The notes: generated by a model not told the origin, from the sequence alone. DNA of 64,000 bases from Longimicrobiales bacterium (GCA_965219445.1 CBDCNQ010000004.1:416001-480000); one strand, 5' to 3'; shown: positions 9,732 through 19,173, numbered from the stretch's first letter. Numbers and translations are program-made.

Positions 9732-10536
9732 ACGGTACCTCGGCGCCGCTCGAGACTTCATCCATAGCGGACCGTAGAGAGGCGAGGAGGGTAGCCGCTC
9801 CCTCTGGGCCACCCTCATCCAAAGCATGGATCAGCGCACTGCCGACGACGACGCCGTCGGCGACGCCGCTGACCAGCGCCGCTTGTTCGGGTGTGGAGAT
9901 CCCGAAACCCACGGCCACCGGAAGCTCCACCACTTCACAGAGAGTCCTTACCTCCCCCTCCAAGTCTTCTGCCAAGGCCTCACGAGCTCCCGTCACTCCG
10001 GTCCTGGAGATGTAATAGAGGAATCCTTGACCCTGCTCCGCGATCGCGGCAGCACGATCTGGTCGCGTCGTGGGAGCGATCAGGCGGATCAAGTCCAGGG
10101 CAGAAGCGAGAATGGCTTCCTCGATCTGCGGGTCGGCCCCGGTGGGTACGTCGGTGAGAAGCAACCCTTGCGCCCCCGCCTCTTCGGCATCCGCCAGAAA
10201 CGCCTCGAGGCCGTACCGGAGGAGCGGGTTCAGATAGCTGAAGAGCACGATCGGGGCATGCGATCCGCGCCTGAACTCGGCCAGCACCTCCAGAGTTCCC
10301 GCAACCGACATGCCGCCCTCGAGCGCCCTGAAGGTGGATTCCTGAATGGTCGGACCATCCGCAAGCGGGTCGCTGAACGGGATCCCCAGCTCCAGCACGT
10401 CGCCACCCGCTTCCGCCAGGCCCGCCAGCACGTCTACGGTTGCGGAGCGGGACGGGAAGCCGGAAGTCACGTACGGAACCAGAGTAGCCCGCCCCTCACC
10501 CCGGCGCTCTGCAAAACTCTCAGAGATGCTCGGCAT
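9730..10536 (-). CDS. trpA: Tryptophan synthase alpha chain
   Basis: ELGIPFSDPLADGPTIQ, YYISRTGVTG, VGFGIS, DGVVVGSA. Confidence 0.97.
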   Translation of the reverse strand: MPSISESFAERRGEGRATLVPYVTSGFPSRSATVDVLAGLAEAGGDVLELGIPFSDPLADGPTIQESTFRALEGGMSVAGTLEVLAEFRRGSHAPIVLFSYLNPLLRYGLEAFLADAEEAGAQGLLLTDVPTGADPQIEEAILASALDLIRLIAPTTRPDRAAAIAEQGQGFLYYISRTGVTGAREALAEDLEGEVRTLCEVVELPVAVGFGISTPEQAALVSGVADGVVVGSALIHALDEGGPEGAATLLASLRSAMDEVSSGAEVP

Positions 10537-10584
10537 AGGACTCGAAACCGCCGCAGAGGATGGAGCTCATCTGGCTTCTGGAGC

Positions 10585-11991
10585 TCAGAGGAGGTAGTCG
10601 CTGACGCGGATGCCATACTTCTGCGCATCCGTCGTCCTTACGATCGTGCGGTCGCTTTCGGCAAGGTCCACCGTGACGGGCGCTTCCAGTGGCCCGCCCT
10701 TGCTATCGGAAATCACCTTCACCATGGGCTCATGGAGGTGCTGGATTTCCGCATGGGTCTTGGATACGACGGCCAACTCGTGCGTATCGAGAATCACGAG
10801 CGTTCCGACCGGATACACACCTGTCGACGTGATCAGCGCCTTGACGATGAGCTGATCGAACCCGCGCCGGGGATTGTCCCTCATTTCCTTGAGCACCTCA
10901 TCCGGAGGCCAGGGCTCGTATTGGTAACTCCGCACTGAGGTCCCCGCGTCGAAGCCGTCCGCCACCGCGACGATCCGTGAGAACAGTCCGAGATCCCGGG
11001 TGCGTTCGTTCTGAGGATACCCGGAAAGATCGATCTTCATGTGGTGCTCGTAGGCCATGAGCATCTGACGGTACGGCAAATCAGCAAAGCCATGCATCTG
11101 GAACAAGAGGAGCAGGCCCTCTGTGGGATGATCCTTGAGCTGGATCCACTCATCCTCCGACAGTCCACCGGCCTTGTTTATGATTTCGGTGTCCACGCGC
11201 ATCTTGCCAATATCGTGGAGTAGCGCGCCGAGACCCAACTCGTACAGCTGTAATTTCGTGAACCCGAGCCGTTGTCCGATGACGACGCTGAAGATGCAGA
11301 CGTTGACCGAGTGCGTGAACGTGTACTCATCGAATCCGCGAAGCGTCGTCATCGTCACCATGGACGACTCATTGTCGAGGACTTGGTCGACGATGCCTTG
11401 AACGGCGCGCTTCACCTTGCGGGCATTCACCGCCTTGCCCAGACGCATGCCGGTGAGCGCATCCTTCGCCACCTTCACGGACTGGGCGTACGTTCCCTTG
11501 GCTTCATCGAGCGCGTCGCGCTCGATGAGTTCGGGTTCGGCAGCCTCCGCCTCGGGCCGGACGTCGATATGGTTCACCTTCGTTTGCGTCAAGCCGTCGA
11601 TGAACCCCTCGAACGGATCGTCCGCCGGGCTCCCTATGAGTAGGGTCACGAAGGGGACCCACTCGTGACGCTCCACACCGGGTCCCACACCGACCTCCCC
11701 GATGCCGTGACTCGCCAGCACGGTCGCCAGGTTTCCGAAGGTGGAGAAGTTTGACAGATCCATCCGCAGACGGACCTCGTTCAGGAAGAAAAAGTCACCG
11801 GAGATATTCAGATCGAACTCCCCCTCAGTCTCCAGGAGGGTGCCCATCTGTCCGTGCAGGTCGTCGATAGCCTGCTGGACCCGCTCGTTCTCTTCCGGAT
11901 AAAGGCGCATCGACCGTATCACGACGTTGATCGCCGTGAGCAGCCTTCCACCCAGTTCCCGAATTTCGCCGGAATCGTCCCTCGAACTCAC
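10585..11991 (-). CDS. HD-GYP cyclic dinucleotide phosphodiesterase
   Basis: YTFTHSVNV, LLHDIGKM, EHHMKIDLSGYP, IVAVADGFDAGTSVRSYQ, C-terminal GVYPVGTLVIL. Confidence 0.9.
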   Translation of the reverse strand: MSSRDDSGEIRELGGRLLTAINVVIRSMRLYPEENERVQQAIDDLHGQMGTLLETEGEFDLNISGDFFFLNEVRLRMDLSNFSTFGNLATVLASHGIGEVGVGPGVERHEWVPFVTLLIGSPADDPFEGFIDGLTQTKVNHIDVRPEAEAAEPELIERDALDEAKGTYAQSVKVAKDALTGMRLGKAVNARKVKRAVQGIVDQVLDNESSMVTMTTLRGFDEYTFTHSVNVCIFSVVIGQRLGFTKLQLYELGLGALLHDIGKMRVDTEIINKAGGLSEDEWIQLKDHPTEGLLLLFQMHGFADLPYRQMLMAYEHHMKIDLSGYPQNERTRDLGLFSRIVAVADGFDAGTSVRSYQYEPWPPDEVLKEMRDNPRRGFDQLIVKALITSTGVYPVGTLVILDTHELAVVSKTHAEIQHLHEPMVKVISDSKGGPLEAPVTVDLAESDRTIVRTTDAQKYGIRVSDYLL

Positions 11992-13763
11992 TCGGCCTCC
12001 TCCTCGACTCCCGGGCCCTGGAGGGCGTGCCGTACCGCCGTGCGGACCACGGCATCCTCGTCCTTCTCGGCGGCCCCTAGAGCCTCCTGGGCATTGGGAA
12101 GCCCGGTCTTGCCCAGGGCCCGTGCCGCCGAGGCGCGGATCTCCGACGGCTCACGGCGGCCGAGAAATCCCTTCTTGTTGAGAAGTTCACTCAGAACGTC
12201 CACCGCGCTGGCCCCGCCGAGCACTCCGTAACTTTCGAAAAACGCGATCTTCTCGGTGAGGTCGGCCTGGCGGATCTCCTTGCCGGTCACCGACTCCTTC
12301 AACGCCGGCGCTGCCCCCTCGTGCCCAAGAGCCTCTAGCGCCTCAGCCGCCGCCACGCGGACATCAGACTCCTCGTCGGAGAGCGCGCCGACGAGCACAT
12401 CCGTAGTGCTCGCCTGCCCGAGCAACTGCGCCGCCCCGACGACGGCGAGCCTGACGGCGGCATCCGGATGCACCATAAGGGCCGCGAGTTTGGGGGCCGC
12501 ATCCGTAATTCCCATCTCGCCGACGAGGCGCACTGCCCCCGAGGACAGGACAGGGTTCATGTGCTCCAGGAGGGCGAGGACCGCCTCATGGTTTTCCTCC
12601 GCAATACCGAGCACTGCACCCCGAAGCGTGGCCTTCAAGCCGGCCGTCTCTTCCCGCTCGGCCGCCTCTAGAAGCACCGGCAGAGCACTAGGCCGAAGAA
12701 ACTTCAGAAGCCGGCCCAACACGTCGACGGAACCATCGATCGTCCCATCCTGAAGACCGCGCACTATCTCCTCGACGGTCTCCGCGGAAGAGAGATCGTC
12801 CAGGAGCCGATCACACTCCCCCTGGCGGACTTCGTCGAGGACTTCGGGCTCAGCGCGCGCCGCCGCTAACTCCTCCAAGACGTCCGCCGCGGACTCGATG
12901 GCTCCGCGGCTCAACAGACTCGGCATGAGTTCGCGAAGGATTTTCAGGATTTCCGATTTGCGCCCCAGGTACTCAGCGTCTTCCAATCGGTCGAACAGAG
13001 CGGCCAAGACATCATGCCTGACATCACGTGACATCTCGGCCCCCAACGACTGCCGAAGCTGCTCTTTTTCATCGGGATCGAGAGCGTAGAGCGTCGGCGA
13101 AAAATCCTGGCCGACCTTGGGCGGCGGGGGCCCGCCATCCGTGGTGTCCGCCTCGGCCCCAGCATCTTCGGCCGCGGCCTCGGCATCCCCGACCTCAGCC
13201 TCGAGGACTTGGGCCAATCCTGCACGGTCCTCCTCCGCCTGAGTGGTGGGAAGTACGGCACCCTCAACGATCTGGTCCACGAACGTGCACTTGAAGAACT
13301 CGAGGTCCTGCTCCCAGAGCATCGTAAGGAGGTCATCCCCTTCAGCCTTCTTGAGCAGCTTCGCGCGCTGGAGAACGCTGAGAATCTTTTCGAGCTCATG
13401 GCTCTCGACACCCGGGAGAAACGTGATGTCACGGATGCCATCCTTGTAGAGCAGGAAGGCGAGGGAGTCCGATCGGGAAGAGTTCTCGTAGACCTCTTCA
13501 CCGACCAACAGAATCCGGTGCTCCTCAACCGTAAGATTGAGGCCCTCCACTTCCTCCCAAAGCTGCTCGAAGGTCTCCCGCAGGTTGGTGGCGAAACGCT
13601 TTCGGACCGGATTGTTCTCGTCGTAGAGCTGAAAAGCCCGGAGGGCCTTGGCGAGCACAACGAAAAGCCCGCGAACCTCCACGACTGGAAGGTCGTCGCC
13701 CTCCGCCCAGTCTTCGGGCTCGTCCGAGATCGCGTCAGGGATTTCCAGGGGGTTGTCGGTCAA
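11988..13763 (-). CDS. HEAT-repeat protein
   Basis: C-terminal repeats HPDAAVRLAVV, DEESDVRVAAAEAL, IRASAARALG, DEDAVVRTAV; likely TTG start at 13763 after GAGGGA (ORF track start 13793). Confidence 0.85.
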   Translation of the reverse strand: MTDNPLEIPDAISDEPEDWAEGDDLPVVEVRGLFVVLAKALRAFQLYDENNPVRKRFATNLRETFEQLWEEVEGLNLTVEEHRILLVGEEVYENSSRSDSLAFLLYKDGIRDITFLPGVESHELEKILSVLQRAKLLKKAEGDDLLTMLWEQDLEFFKCTFVDQIVEGAVLPTTQAEEDRAGLAQVLEAEVGDAEAAAEDAGAEADTTDGGPPPPKVGQDFSPTLYALDPDEKEQLRQSLGAEMSRDVRHDVLAALFDRLEDAEYLGRKSEILKILRELMPSLLSRGAIESAADVLEELAAARAEPEVLDEVRQGECDRLLDDLSSAETVEEIVRGLQDGTIDGSVDVLGRLLKFLRPSALPVLLEAAEREETAGLKATLRGAVLGIAEENHEAVLALLEHMNPVLSSGAVRLVGEMGITDAAPKLAALMVHPDAAVRLAVVGAAQLLGQASTTDVLVGALSDEESDVRVAAAEALEALGHEGAAPALKESVTGKEIRQADLTEKIAFFESYGVLGGASAVDVLSELLNKKGFLGRREPSEIRASAARALGKTGLPNAQEALGAAEKDEDAVVRTAVRHALQGPGVEEEAE

Positions 13764-13780
13764 TGGTCCCTCGCCCTGTA

Positions 13781-13816
13781 GTCGTATGCGCAACTAATTG
13801 GTCGTATGCACAACTA
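13781..13816. repeat. 16-bp direct repeat with 20-bp period, possible operator
   Basis: gtcgtatgcgcaacta (13781-13796) and gtcgtatgcacaacta (13801-13816), 15/16 identical. Confidence 0.7.
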
Positions 13817-13823
13817 TCTAAAG

Positions 13824-15011
13824 TTAACCCTCTCCTTCTTCAACGCGAGCAACATGATTCACGTCCTTGTCGCCTCTACCGCTCAGGCACACCAAGAGTG
13901 ATCCGCGCCCCTGGTATTCCGGAGCCATCCGCAGGACATGCGCAATGGCGTGCGCACTCTCCAGCGCGGGTATGATTCCTTCTAGATCGGACAACCGATG
14001 AAACGCCTCGAGAGCTTCCTTGTCCGTGACGGATACGTAATGGGCACGTCCCGTGTCTTTGAGGTAGGAGTGCTCAGGGCCGACACCAGGATAGTCGAGA
14101 CCGGCGGAGATCGAGTGTGCCGGTGATACTTGCCCGTCACTATCCTGCAGCAGGTAGCTCATGGCCCCATGAAGCACCCCGGGATCGCCCGCCGCAAGCG
14201 TCGCGGAGTGTCTTCCGGAATCGATGCCCTCACCGGCGGCCTCGACACCGATGAAGTCCACCTCGTCGTCCTCCCGGAACGCGTGGAAGATGCCCATGGC
14301 ATTCGAACCGCCGCCAACACACGCCACCACGGCGGCGGGCAGCGCGCCGGTGCGAGTGAGCATTTGCTCTCGGGCCTCGTGGCCGATCACGGCTTGGAAA
14401 TCACGAACGATGCGCGGGAACGGTGACGGCCCCACGACCGAGCCGATAATGTAGTGCGTCGTCTCAACGTTGGTGACCCAATCACGGATCACTTCGTTGG
14501 TCGCGTCCTTGAGCGTGCGCGTCCCTGATCCGACGGGCCTGACTTCCGCGCCGAGGAGCTCCATTCGGTAGACGTTCAACGCCTGGCGCTCCACGTCGAC
14601 CTCGCCCATGTAAACGATGCACTCGAGGTCGAAGCGTGCGCATGCGGTAGCCGTGGCCACGCCGTGTTGGCCTGCCCCGGTCTCGGCGATGATTCGGCGC
14701 TTTCCCATGCGGCGTGCAAGCAGGGCTTGCCCGATCGTGTTGTTGATCTTGTGGGCGCCGGTGTGGTTCAGATCCTCCCGCTTCAGAAAAATCGGAGGGC
14801 CGGCCACGGACGCCTCCAATCGGGAAGCCCGGTAAAGGGGAGAGGGACGGCCTGCATAGTCCCGAAGTAGGGAGTCGAGGTCTTCGCGGAAAGCGGGATC
14901 GGCTGACGCCTCTTCGTAGGCGGCACCCAGTTCGTCCAAAGCCGAGATGAGCGTTTCGGGTACGTAGCGGCCCCCATACGGGCCGAAGCGCTCCCCTTCA
15001 GCTTCCATCAT
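13824..15011 (-). CDS. trpB: Tryptophan synthase beta chain
   Basis: [16 protein letters not shown] (PLP lysine), [38 protein letters not shown]. Confidence 0.98.
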   Translation of the reverse strand: MMEAEGERFGPYGGRYVPETLISALDELGAAYEEASADPAFREDLDSLLRDYAGRPSPLYRASRLEASVAGPPIFLKREDLNHTGAHKINNTIGQALLARRMGKRRIIAETGAGQHGVATATACARFDLECIVYMGEVDVERQALNVYRMELLGAEVRPVGSGTRTLKDATNEVIRDWVTNVETTHYIIGSVVGPSPFPRIVRDFQAVIGHEAREQMLTRTGALPAAVVACVGGGSNAMGIFHAFREDDEVDFIGVEAAGEGIDSGRHSATLAAGDPGVLHGAMSYLLQDSDGQVSPAHSISAGLDYPGVGPEHSYLKDTGRAHYVSVTDKEALEAFHRLSDLEGIIPALESAHAIAHVLRMAPEYQGRGSLLVCLSGRGDKDVNHVARVEEGEG

Positions 15012-15664
15012 CGCTCCTCCCCGCGGGTGTTACGGACGAATGCCCGGATCAGCTCCGGGTCTTTGCGGCGAACGTGCAGCTCCACACCCGAGCTGACGTC
15101 GACGATGTCGGGCCGAAGAGCCTGGATCGCATCGGCCACATTCCCGGGTGTGAGGCCTCCCGCAACGATCACCCTCAAATCGTGCGGAATACGGTCCCTC
15201 AAAGCACGCGCACCCTCCCAGGAGAACGATGCTCCGCTACCGCCGGGCCGGTCGGGATGCCACCCATCGAGGAGAAGGCCCTCGACGGAGGCCCCTAAAG
15301 CCTCCACAGCCCTCGTCACATCTGCCGGGTCTCGAACCCGAACAGCCTTCCAAATGGCCCACTTTCCCCGCCGGCGCAACTCCTCGGCGTAATCGCCATC
15401 TTCCTCGCCGTGCAACTGGATCACCGAAGCCCCGGACAACCGCGCGATGCGCTCGGCCTCGTCCAGCGATTCGTCCACGAATACCGCCACCAGAGGCGCC
15501 TCGGCCACGAGCCCGATGTCGACGGCCTCGTCGGGCAGAATACTCCGCGGGAAACCCTGGGAAAGAATCATGCCCAGGTAATCGGCCCCGAGTTCCCGCG
15601 CGGTAACGGCATCCTCCGGATTGGTGATCCCACAGATCTTGACGCCGACGTCACTCATCTGCAT
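15008..15664 (-). CDS. trpF: Phosphoribosylanthranilate isomerase
   Basis: [37 protein letters not shown]. Confidence 0.95.
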   Translation of the reverse strand: MQMSDVGVKICGITNPEDAVTARELGADYLGMILSQGFPRSILPDEAVDIGLVAEAPLVAVFVDESLDEAERIARLSGASVIQLHGEEDGDYAEELRRRGKWAIWKAVRVRDPADVTRAVEALGASVEGLLLDGWHPDRPGGSGASFSWEGARALRDRIPHDLRVIVAGGLTPGNVADAIQALRPDIVDVSSGVELHVRRKDPELIRAFVRNTRGEER

Positions 15665-15671
15665 GCCACGC

Positions 15672-16472
15672 TCAACGCGGTGCCTTCCCCTGCCCCACCA
15701 AAGCCCTCACCCCGGCTCCGGGGTCTTCCTGGCGTAGAAGAGACTCACCTACGAGTACCGCGTCCACTCCCTTTTCTCCCACCCTGCAGACATCGGCCGC
15801 GGTGTGAATCCCGCTCTCGGACACCAGAACCACGTCGGGTGGGACTCGGGCCGCCAATGAGAGCGTTACATCGATCCGCGTCTCGAACGTCCCGAGGTTG
15901 CGATTGTTGATGCCGAGGAGGCCGGCCCCCGCGGCGAGACCGCGCTCCACCTCCGCACCGTCATGGGCCTCCACGAGCACGGACATCCCGAGCTCCTCGC
16001 CCAGTATTCTCAACGAACGAAGCCTCTCATCGTCGAGGATGCGCACGATGAGTAGGATCGCGTCCGCTCCCGCTCCTCTCGCCTCGTACACCTGCGACTC
16101 ATCGATGACGAAGTCCTTCCGAAGCACAGGAATTTCCACGAGGCCGCGCACTTCGGCCAGGTCCCCGAGCGAACCGCCGAAATACTCGTCATCCGTGAGA
16201 ACGCTGAGTGCTGCGGCCCCTCCCGACTCATACTTCGATCCTAGCTGAAGCGGATCGAGATCCGTGCGGATCGCACCGGCACCCGGCGAGCGTCGCTTGA
16301 TCTCGGCAATCACCGACACCACATCCCCGACCTTGAGTGAACCGAAGAAATCTCTCGCCGGAGGAGCGTCTTCGGCGCGATCCCGGAGTTCCGAAAGGCT
16401 CCGCCTCAGCGCCTCGACTTCACCCAGCTTGGTCGCGACGATTTCCTGGAGGATGTCCCCGGTCGAACTCAT
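15672..16472 (-). CDS. trpC: Indole-3-glycerol phosphate synthase
   Basis: IAEIKRRSP, LSVLTD, LRKDFVID, GINNRNL, VSESGI, LVGESL. Confidence 0.97.
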   Translation of the reverse strand: MSSTGDILQEIVATKLGEVEALRRSLSELRDRAEDAPPARDFFGSLKVGDVVSVIAEIKRRSPGAGAIRTDLDPLQLGSKYESGGAAALSVLTDDEYFGGSLGDLAEVRGLVEIPVLRKDFVIDESQVYEARGAGADAILLIVRILDDERLRSLRILGEELGMSVLVEAHDGAEVERGLAAGAGLLGINNRNLGTFETRIDVTLSLAARVPPDVVLVSESGIHTAADVCRVGEKGVDAVLVGESLLRQEDPGAGVRALVGQGKAPR

Positions 16473-16517
16473 CCCGCAAACCCATCAACCATCGGTGCCC
16501 GCTGTCGGCCTACGGCC

Positions 16518-16566
16518 TTGCATTTCGGGCAACCTTCGGGTACTGTTTGTTCGGGTCTTATTCGGG
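16518..16566 (+). promoter_or_regulatory. lexA sigma70-type promoter overlapped by two TTCGGG-N5-TTCGGG direct-repeat pairs (candidate LexA operators)
   Basis: TTGCAT (16518-16523), 17-bp spacer, TACTGT (16541-16546); TTCGGG at 16524, 16535, 16550 and 16561. Confidence 0.7.
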
Positions 16567-16591
16567 TTTCCATAATACAGAGGTCATCGAT

Positions 16592-17200
16592 ATGCCCCTG
16601 ACGAAGCGACAGAAAGAGATCCTCGACCACGTTGAGAGCTGTATCGAAAAAAATGGGTACGCCCCGAGCTTCGAGGAGATCGCCGAAGCGTTCGGGTACT
16701 CCTCCCTCGCTACCGTTCACGAGCACCTGAGCAATCTGGAGCGCAAGGGCTATATCCGGAAGGCCTACAACGAGAGTCGCTCGATCGAGTTGGTAGGCGA
16801 AACCCTCGGCGCAAACGTGACCGAACTCCCGCTTCTCGGAGCCGTGGCCGCAGGGCTACCCATCGAAGCGATCGAGCAACAGGAAGCGTTGGCCGTGCCG
16901 CCGGATATGGTGAAGTCCGGAAGTGAGAACTTCGTGTTGCGGGTCGAGGGCGAGTCGATGATCGACGAGCAGATCCGGGACGGGGACTACATCGTGGTGA
17001 GCGCCCAAAAGACCGCTTCGGACGGCCAGATGGTTGTCGCGCTCGTCGGCGGCGATTCGGCGACTGTGAAGAAGATGTACCGGGAACCAGACGGCCGCAT
17101 CCGTCTACAGCCGGCGAACCTGTCCATGGCGCCAATCGTCGAGGATCCGCGCAACGTGCGGATTCAGGGCGTGGTCGTGGGGGTCATCCGGAAGTATTAG
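16592..17200 (+). CDS. lexA: SOS repressor LexA
   Basis: LTKRQKEIL..GYAPSFEEIA..ATVHEHL wHTH; Ala-Gly cleavage site VAAGLP; GESM (Ser) and TVKK (Lys); ATG 16592 after GAGGT. Confidence 0.97.
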   Translation: MPLTKRQKEILDHVESCIEKNGYAPSFEEIAEAFGYSSLATVHEHLSNLERKGYIRKAYNESRSIELVGETLGANVTELPLLGAVAAGLPIEAIEQQEALAVPPDMVKSGSENFVLRVEGESMIDEQIRDGDYIVVSAQKTASDGQMVVALVGGDSATVKKMYREPDGRIRLQPANLSMAPIVEDPRNVRIQGVVVGVIRKY

Positions 17201-18242
17201 TCGCCTTCCTCAGGCCCTCGAGCGCTTCCAACGCGCCCCCGTCGTCGATAGCTGCTGCTGCCTCTGCGATACCGTCTTCGAGGGTCTCTGAAATGCCCGC
17301 GACGTAGATCGCGGCGCCCGCATTCATGAGGACCGCCGTGCGGGCACCTCCCTCCTCCTCACCGCGCAACACACCGAGGATGACCTCCGCGTTCTCCTCG
17401 GGCTCCCCGCCGGCCAGTTCCTCTGCCGAGCAGGACTCCAGCCCGAAGTCCTCCGGGCGGACGGTCGAGTGGGTTACGGCCCCCTCATCGAGTTCGGCTA
17501 ATGCAGTCGGTCCCATCGGGCTCAGCTCGTCCAGCCCCGCCTCGCCATGTACGACGAGCGCACGGATATGCTCGAGCTCCTTCAGCGCCTCCACGACGAG
17601 AGGAACCAAGGCAGGATCGGCTACGCCAACCAACTGCCTGCGCACGCCGGCCGGGTTGGTCAGAGGACCGAGAATGTTCATGATCGTCGGGAAACCCAGT
17701 TCCCGACGGACCGGCCCCACGTGCCTCATCGCGGGATGGAGCAAGGGCGCGAACATGAACACGACACCGGCCTCCTCGAGGACCCCGCCCATCTCCTCGG
17801 GGCTGAGCTCGATGCGCACCTGCAATGCTTCGAGAACGTCGGCACTTCCGCTCCGGGACGTGAAGGAGCGGTTCCCGTGCTTCGCGATCCGTGCGCCGGC
17901 CCCACGAGCGACGAGGGCAGCGGCCGTCGAAATATTGAAGGTGGTCACGGCCCCACCGCCCGTCCCACAGGTGTCGATCAGCACTTCGGGCGACTCCGAG
18001 GCGATCGGAATCATGGCTTTCCGGAGCGCCCTCACACCGCCAGCAACTTCGACGGGTGCGACTCCCTTTACGCGAAGTGCCGTAAGAAGGGCGGCCATTT
18101 GCACCGGAGAGGCCTCGCCCTCCATGATGACGTCGAACGCGAACTCGGCCTCGAACGCGGTGAGGTGCTCGCCTCCGGCGGCCTTCTGGATCACCGCTTG
18201 GAGGTCGAAAGGCTTCAGTAGAGAAGCGGAATTTTGACTCAT
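17184..18242 (-). CDS. trpD: Anthranilate phosphoribosyltransferase
   Basis: DTCGTGG, FNISTAAA, KHGNRS.TS.SGSADVL, HPAMRHV, NILGPLTNP, GLDE. Confidence 0.97.
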   Translation of the reverse strand: MSQNSASLLKPFDLQAVIQKAAGGEHLTAFEAEFAFDVIMEGEASPVQMAALLTALRVKGVAPVEVAGGVRALRKAMIPIASESPEVLIDTCGTGGGAVTTFNISTAAALVARGAGARIAKHGNRSFTSRSGSADVLEALQVRIELSPEEMGGVLEEAGVVFMFAPLLHPAMRHVGPVRRELGFPTIMNILGPLTNPAGVRRQLVGVADPALVPLVVEALKELEHIRALVVHGEAGLDELSPMGPTALAELDEGAVTHSTVRPEDFGLESCSAEELAGGEPEENAEVILGVLRGEEEGGARTAVLMNAGAAIYVAGISETLEDGIAEAAAAIDDGGALEALEGLRKATNTSG

Positions 18243-18365
18243 TCAAGGCGTGGTTCGGGTGACGATTCGGCGTTCTCGGGCCCTGCCGACGGCGCTCTTG
18301 GAGGGTTCCAATTCATCCTTTTTACGGCCGCTTGACAACGCTTGCGCCCCACCTACCTTCCGGGC

Positions 18366-19163
18366 GTGAACGCCGTGAAGGACAATCGCCTCAAGCTGAT
18401 TCTTCAATATGATGGATCCGCCTTCCACGGCTGGCAAATACAGCGTGAGGAGCGCACCGTTCAAGGGGAGTTGGAGGCGGCCCTGGAGCAGCTCACCAGT
18501 ACCCATCACTCGGTGATCGGATCGGGAAGAACCGATCGCGGGGTCCATGCGACCGGCCAAGTGGCCGTCGCGTCCCTTCCAAGCGCGTGGCAGCCCGAAA
18601 AACTCGAGAAGGCCTTGTCCGCGCTACTGCCCGACGACATCTGGATCAAGTGCGTGGAGACCGCTTCTCCCGATTTTCATCCCCGCTACGACGTGGTGCA
18701 CCGCACGTATCTTTATCATCTCGGCCTTTCCGCAGAGTCCAGATCGCCCTTCCATCGCCACTGGTGCTGGCCATTCGCGAAGGCGTTGGATGAGGTGCTT
18801 CTCGAGAGCGCGGCCGAGACGATCGTGGGCGAGCATTCCTTCAGGGCCTTCGCCAAATCAGGGCAACCCGAGAGGGGAGACCGGTGTACGGTGCACGAAT
18901 CCCGTTGGGAGCCCTGGGAACGGCTCGGGCTCACATTTCGAATTACCGCTGACCGCTTCCTTCATCATATGGTTCGGTATTTGGTCGGAACGATGGTGGA
19001 TATCGCACGAGGCAAGCGACCGTTGGCGGACCTTCGGCGTCTCCTCGAAGAGCCCGAGAGCGACCTTCTGACCTCTCCCCCCGCGCCTCCGACGGGTCTG
19101 TTTCTTCATCACGTCACGTATCCCACGCAACCCCCCACATCGGGAGTCCTCACCACGAAGTGA
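18366..19163 (+). CDS. truA: tRNA pseudouridine(38-40) synthase
   Basis: YDGSAFHGWQ.Q, GSGRTDRGVHA, FLHHMVR, APPTGLFL; start at GTG 18366 or 18375; TTGACA at 18332 upstream. Confidence 0.95.
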   Translation: MNAVKDNRLKLILQYDGSAFHGWQIQREERTVQGELEAALEQLTSTHHSVIGSGRTDRGVHATGQVAVASLPSAWQPEKLEKALSALLPDDIWIKCVETASPDFHPRYDVVHRTYLYHLGLSAESRSPFHRHWCWPFAKALDEVLLESAAETIVGEHSFRAFAKSGQPERGDRCTVHESRWEPWERLGLTFRITADRFLHHMVRYLVGTMVDIARGKRPLADLRRLLEEPESDLLTSPPAPPTGLFLHHVTYPTQPPTSGVLTTK

Positions 19164-19173
19164 ACATTGATAA

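Noticed and set aside
16337..16591. 85-aa N-terminal extension of LexA in the ORF track
   Set aside because: It overlaps trpC and the promoter; ATG 16592 with an RBS gives a canonical-length LexA.
17326..18237. 303-aa plus-strand ORF, and similar long ORFs at 2416, 9826, 31228, 38979 and 51492
   Set aside because: All are antisense to clearly identified genes and have the Ser/Arg/Pro- or His-rich composition of non-coding frames.
18243..18365. trp attenuator leader upstream of trpD
   Set aside because: No short Trp-codon-rich leader peptide or terminator/antiterminator pair is visible.
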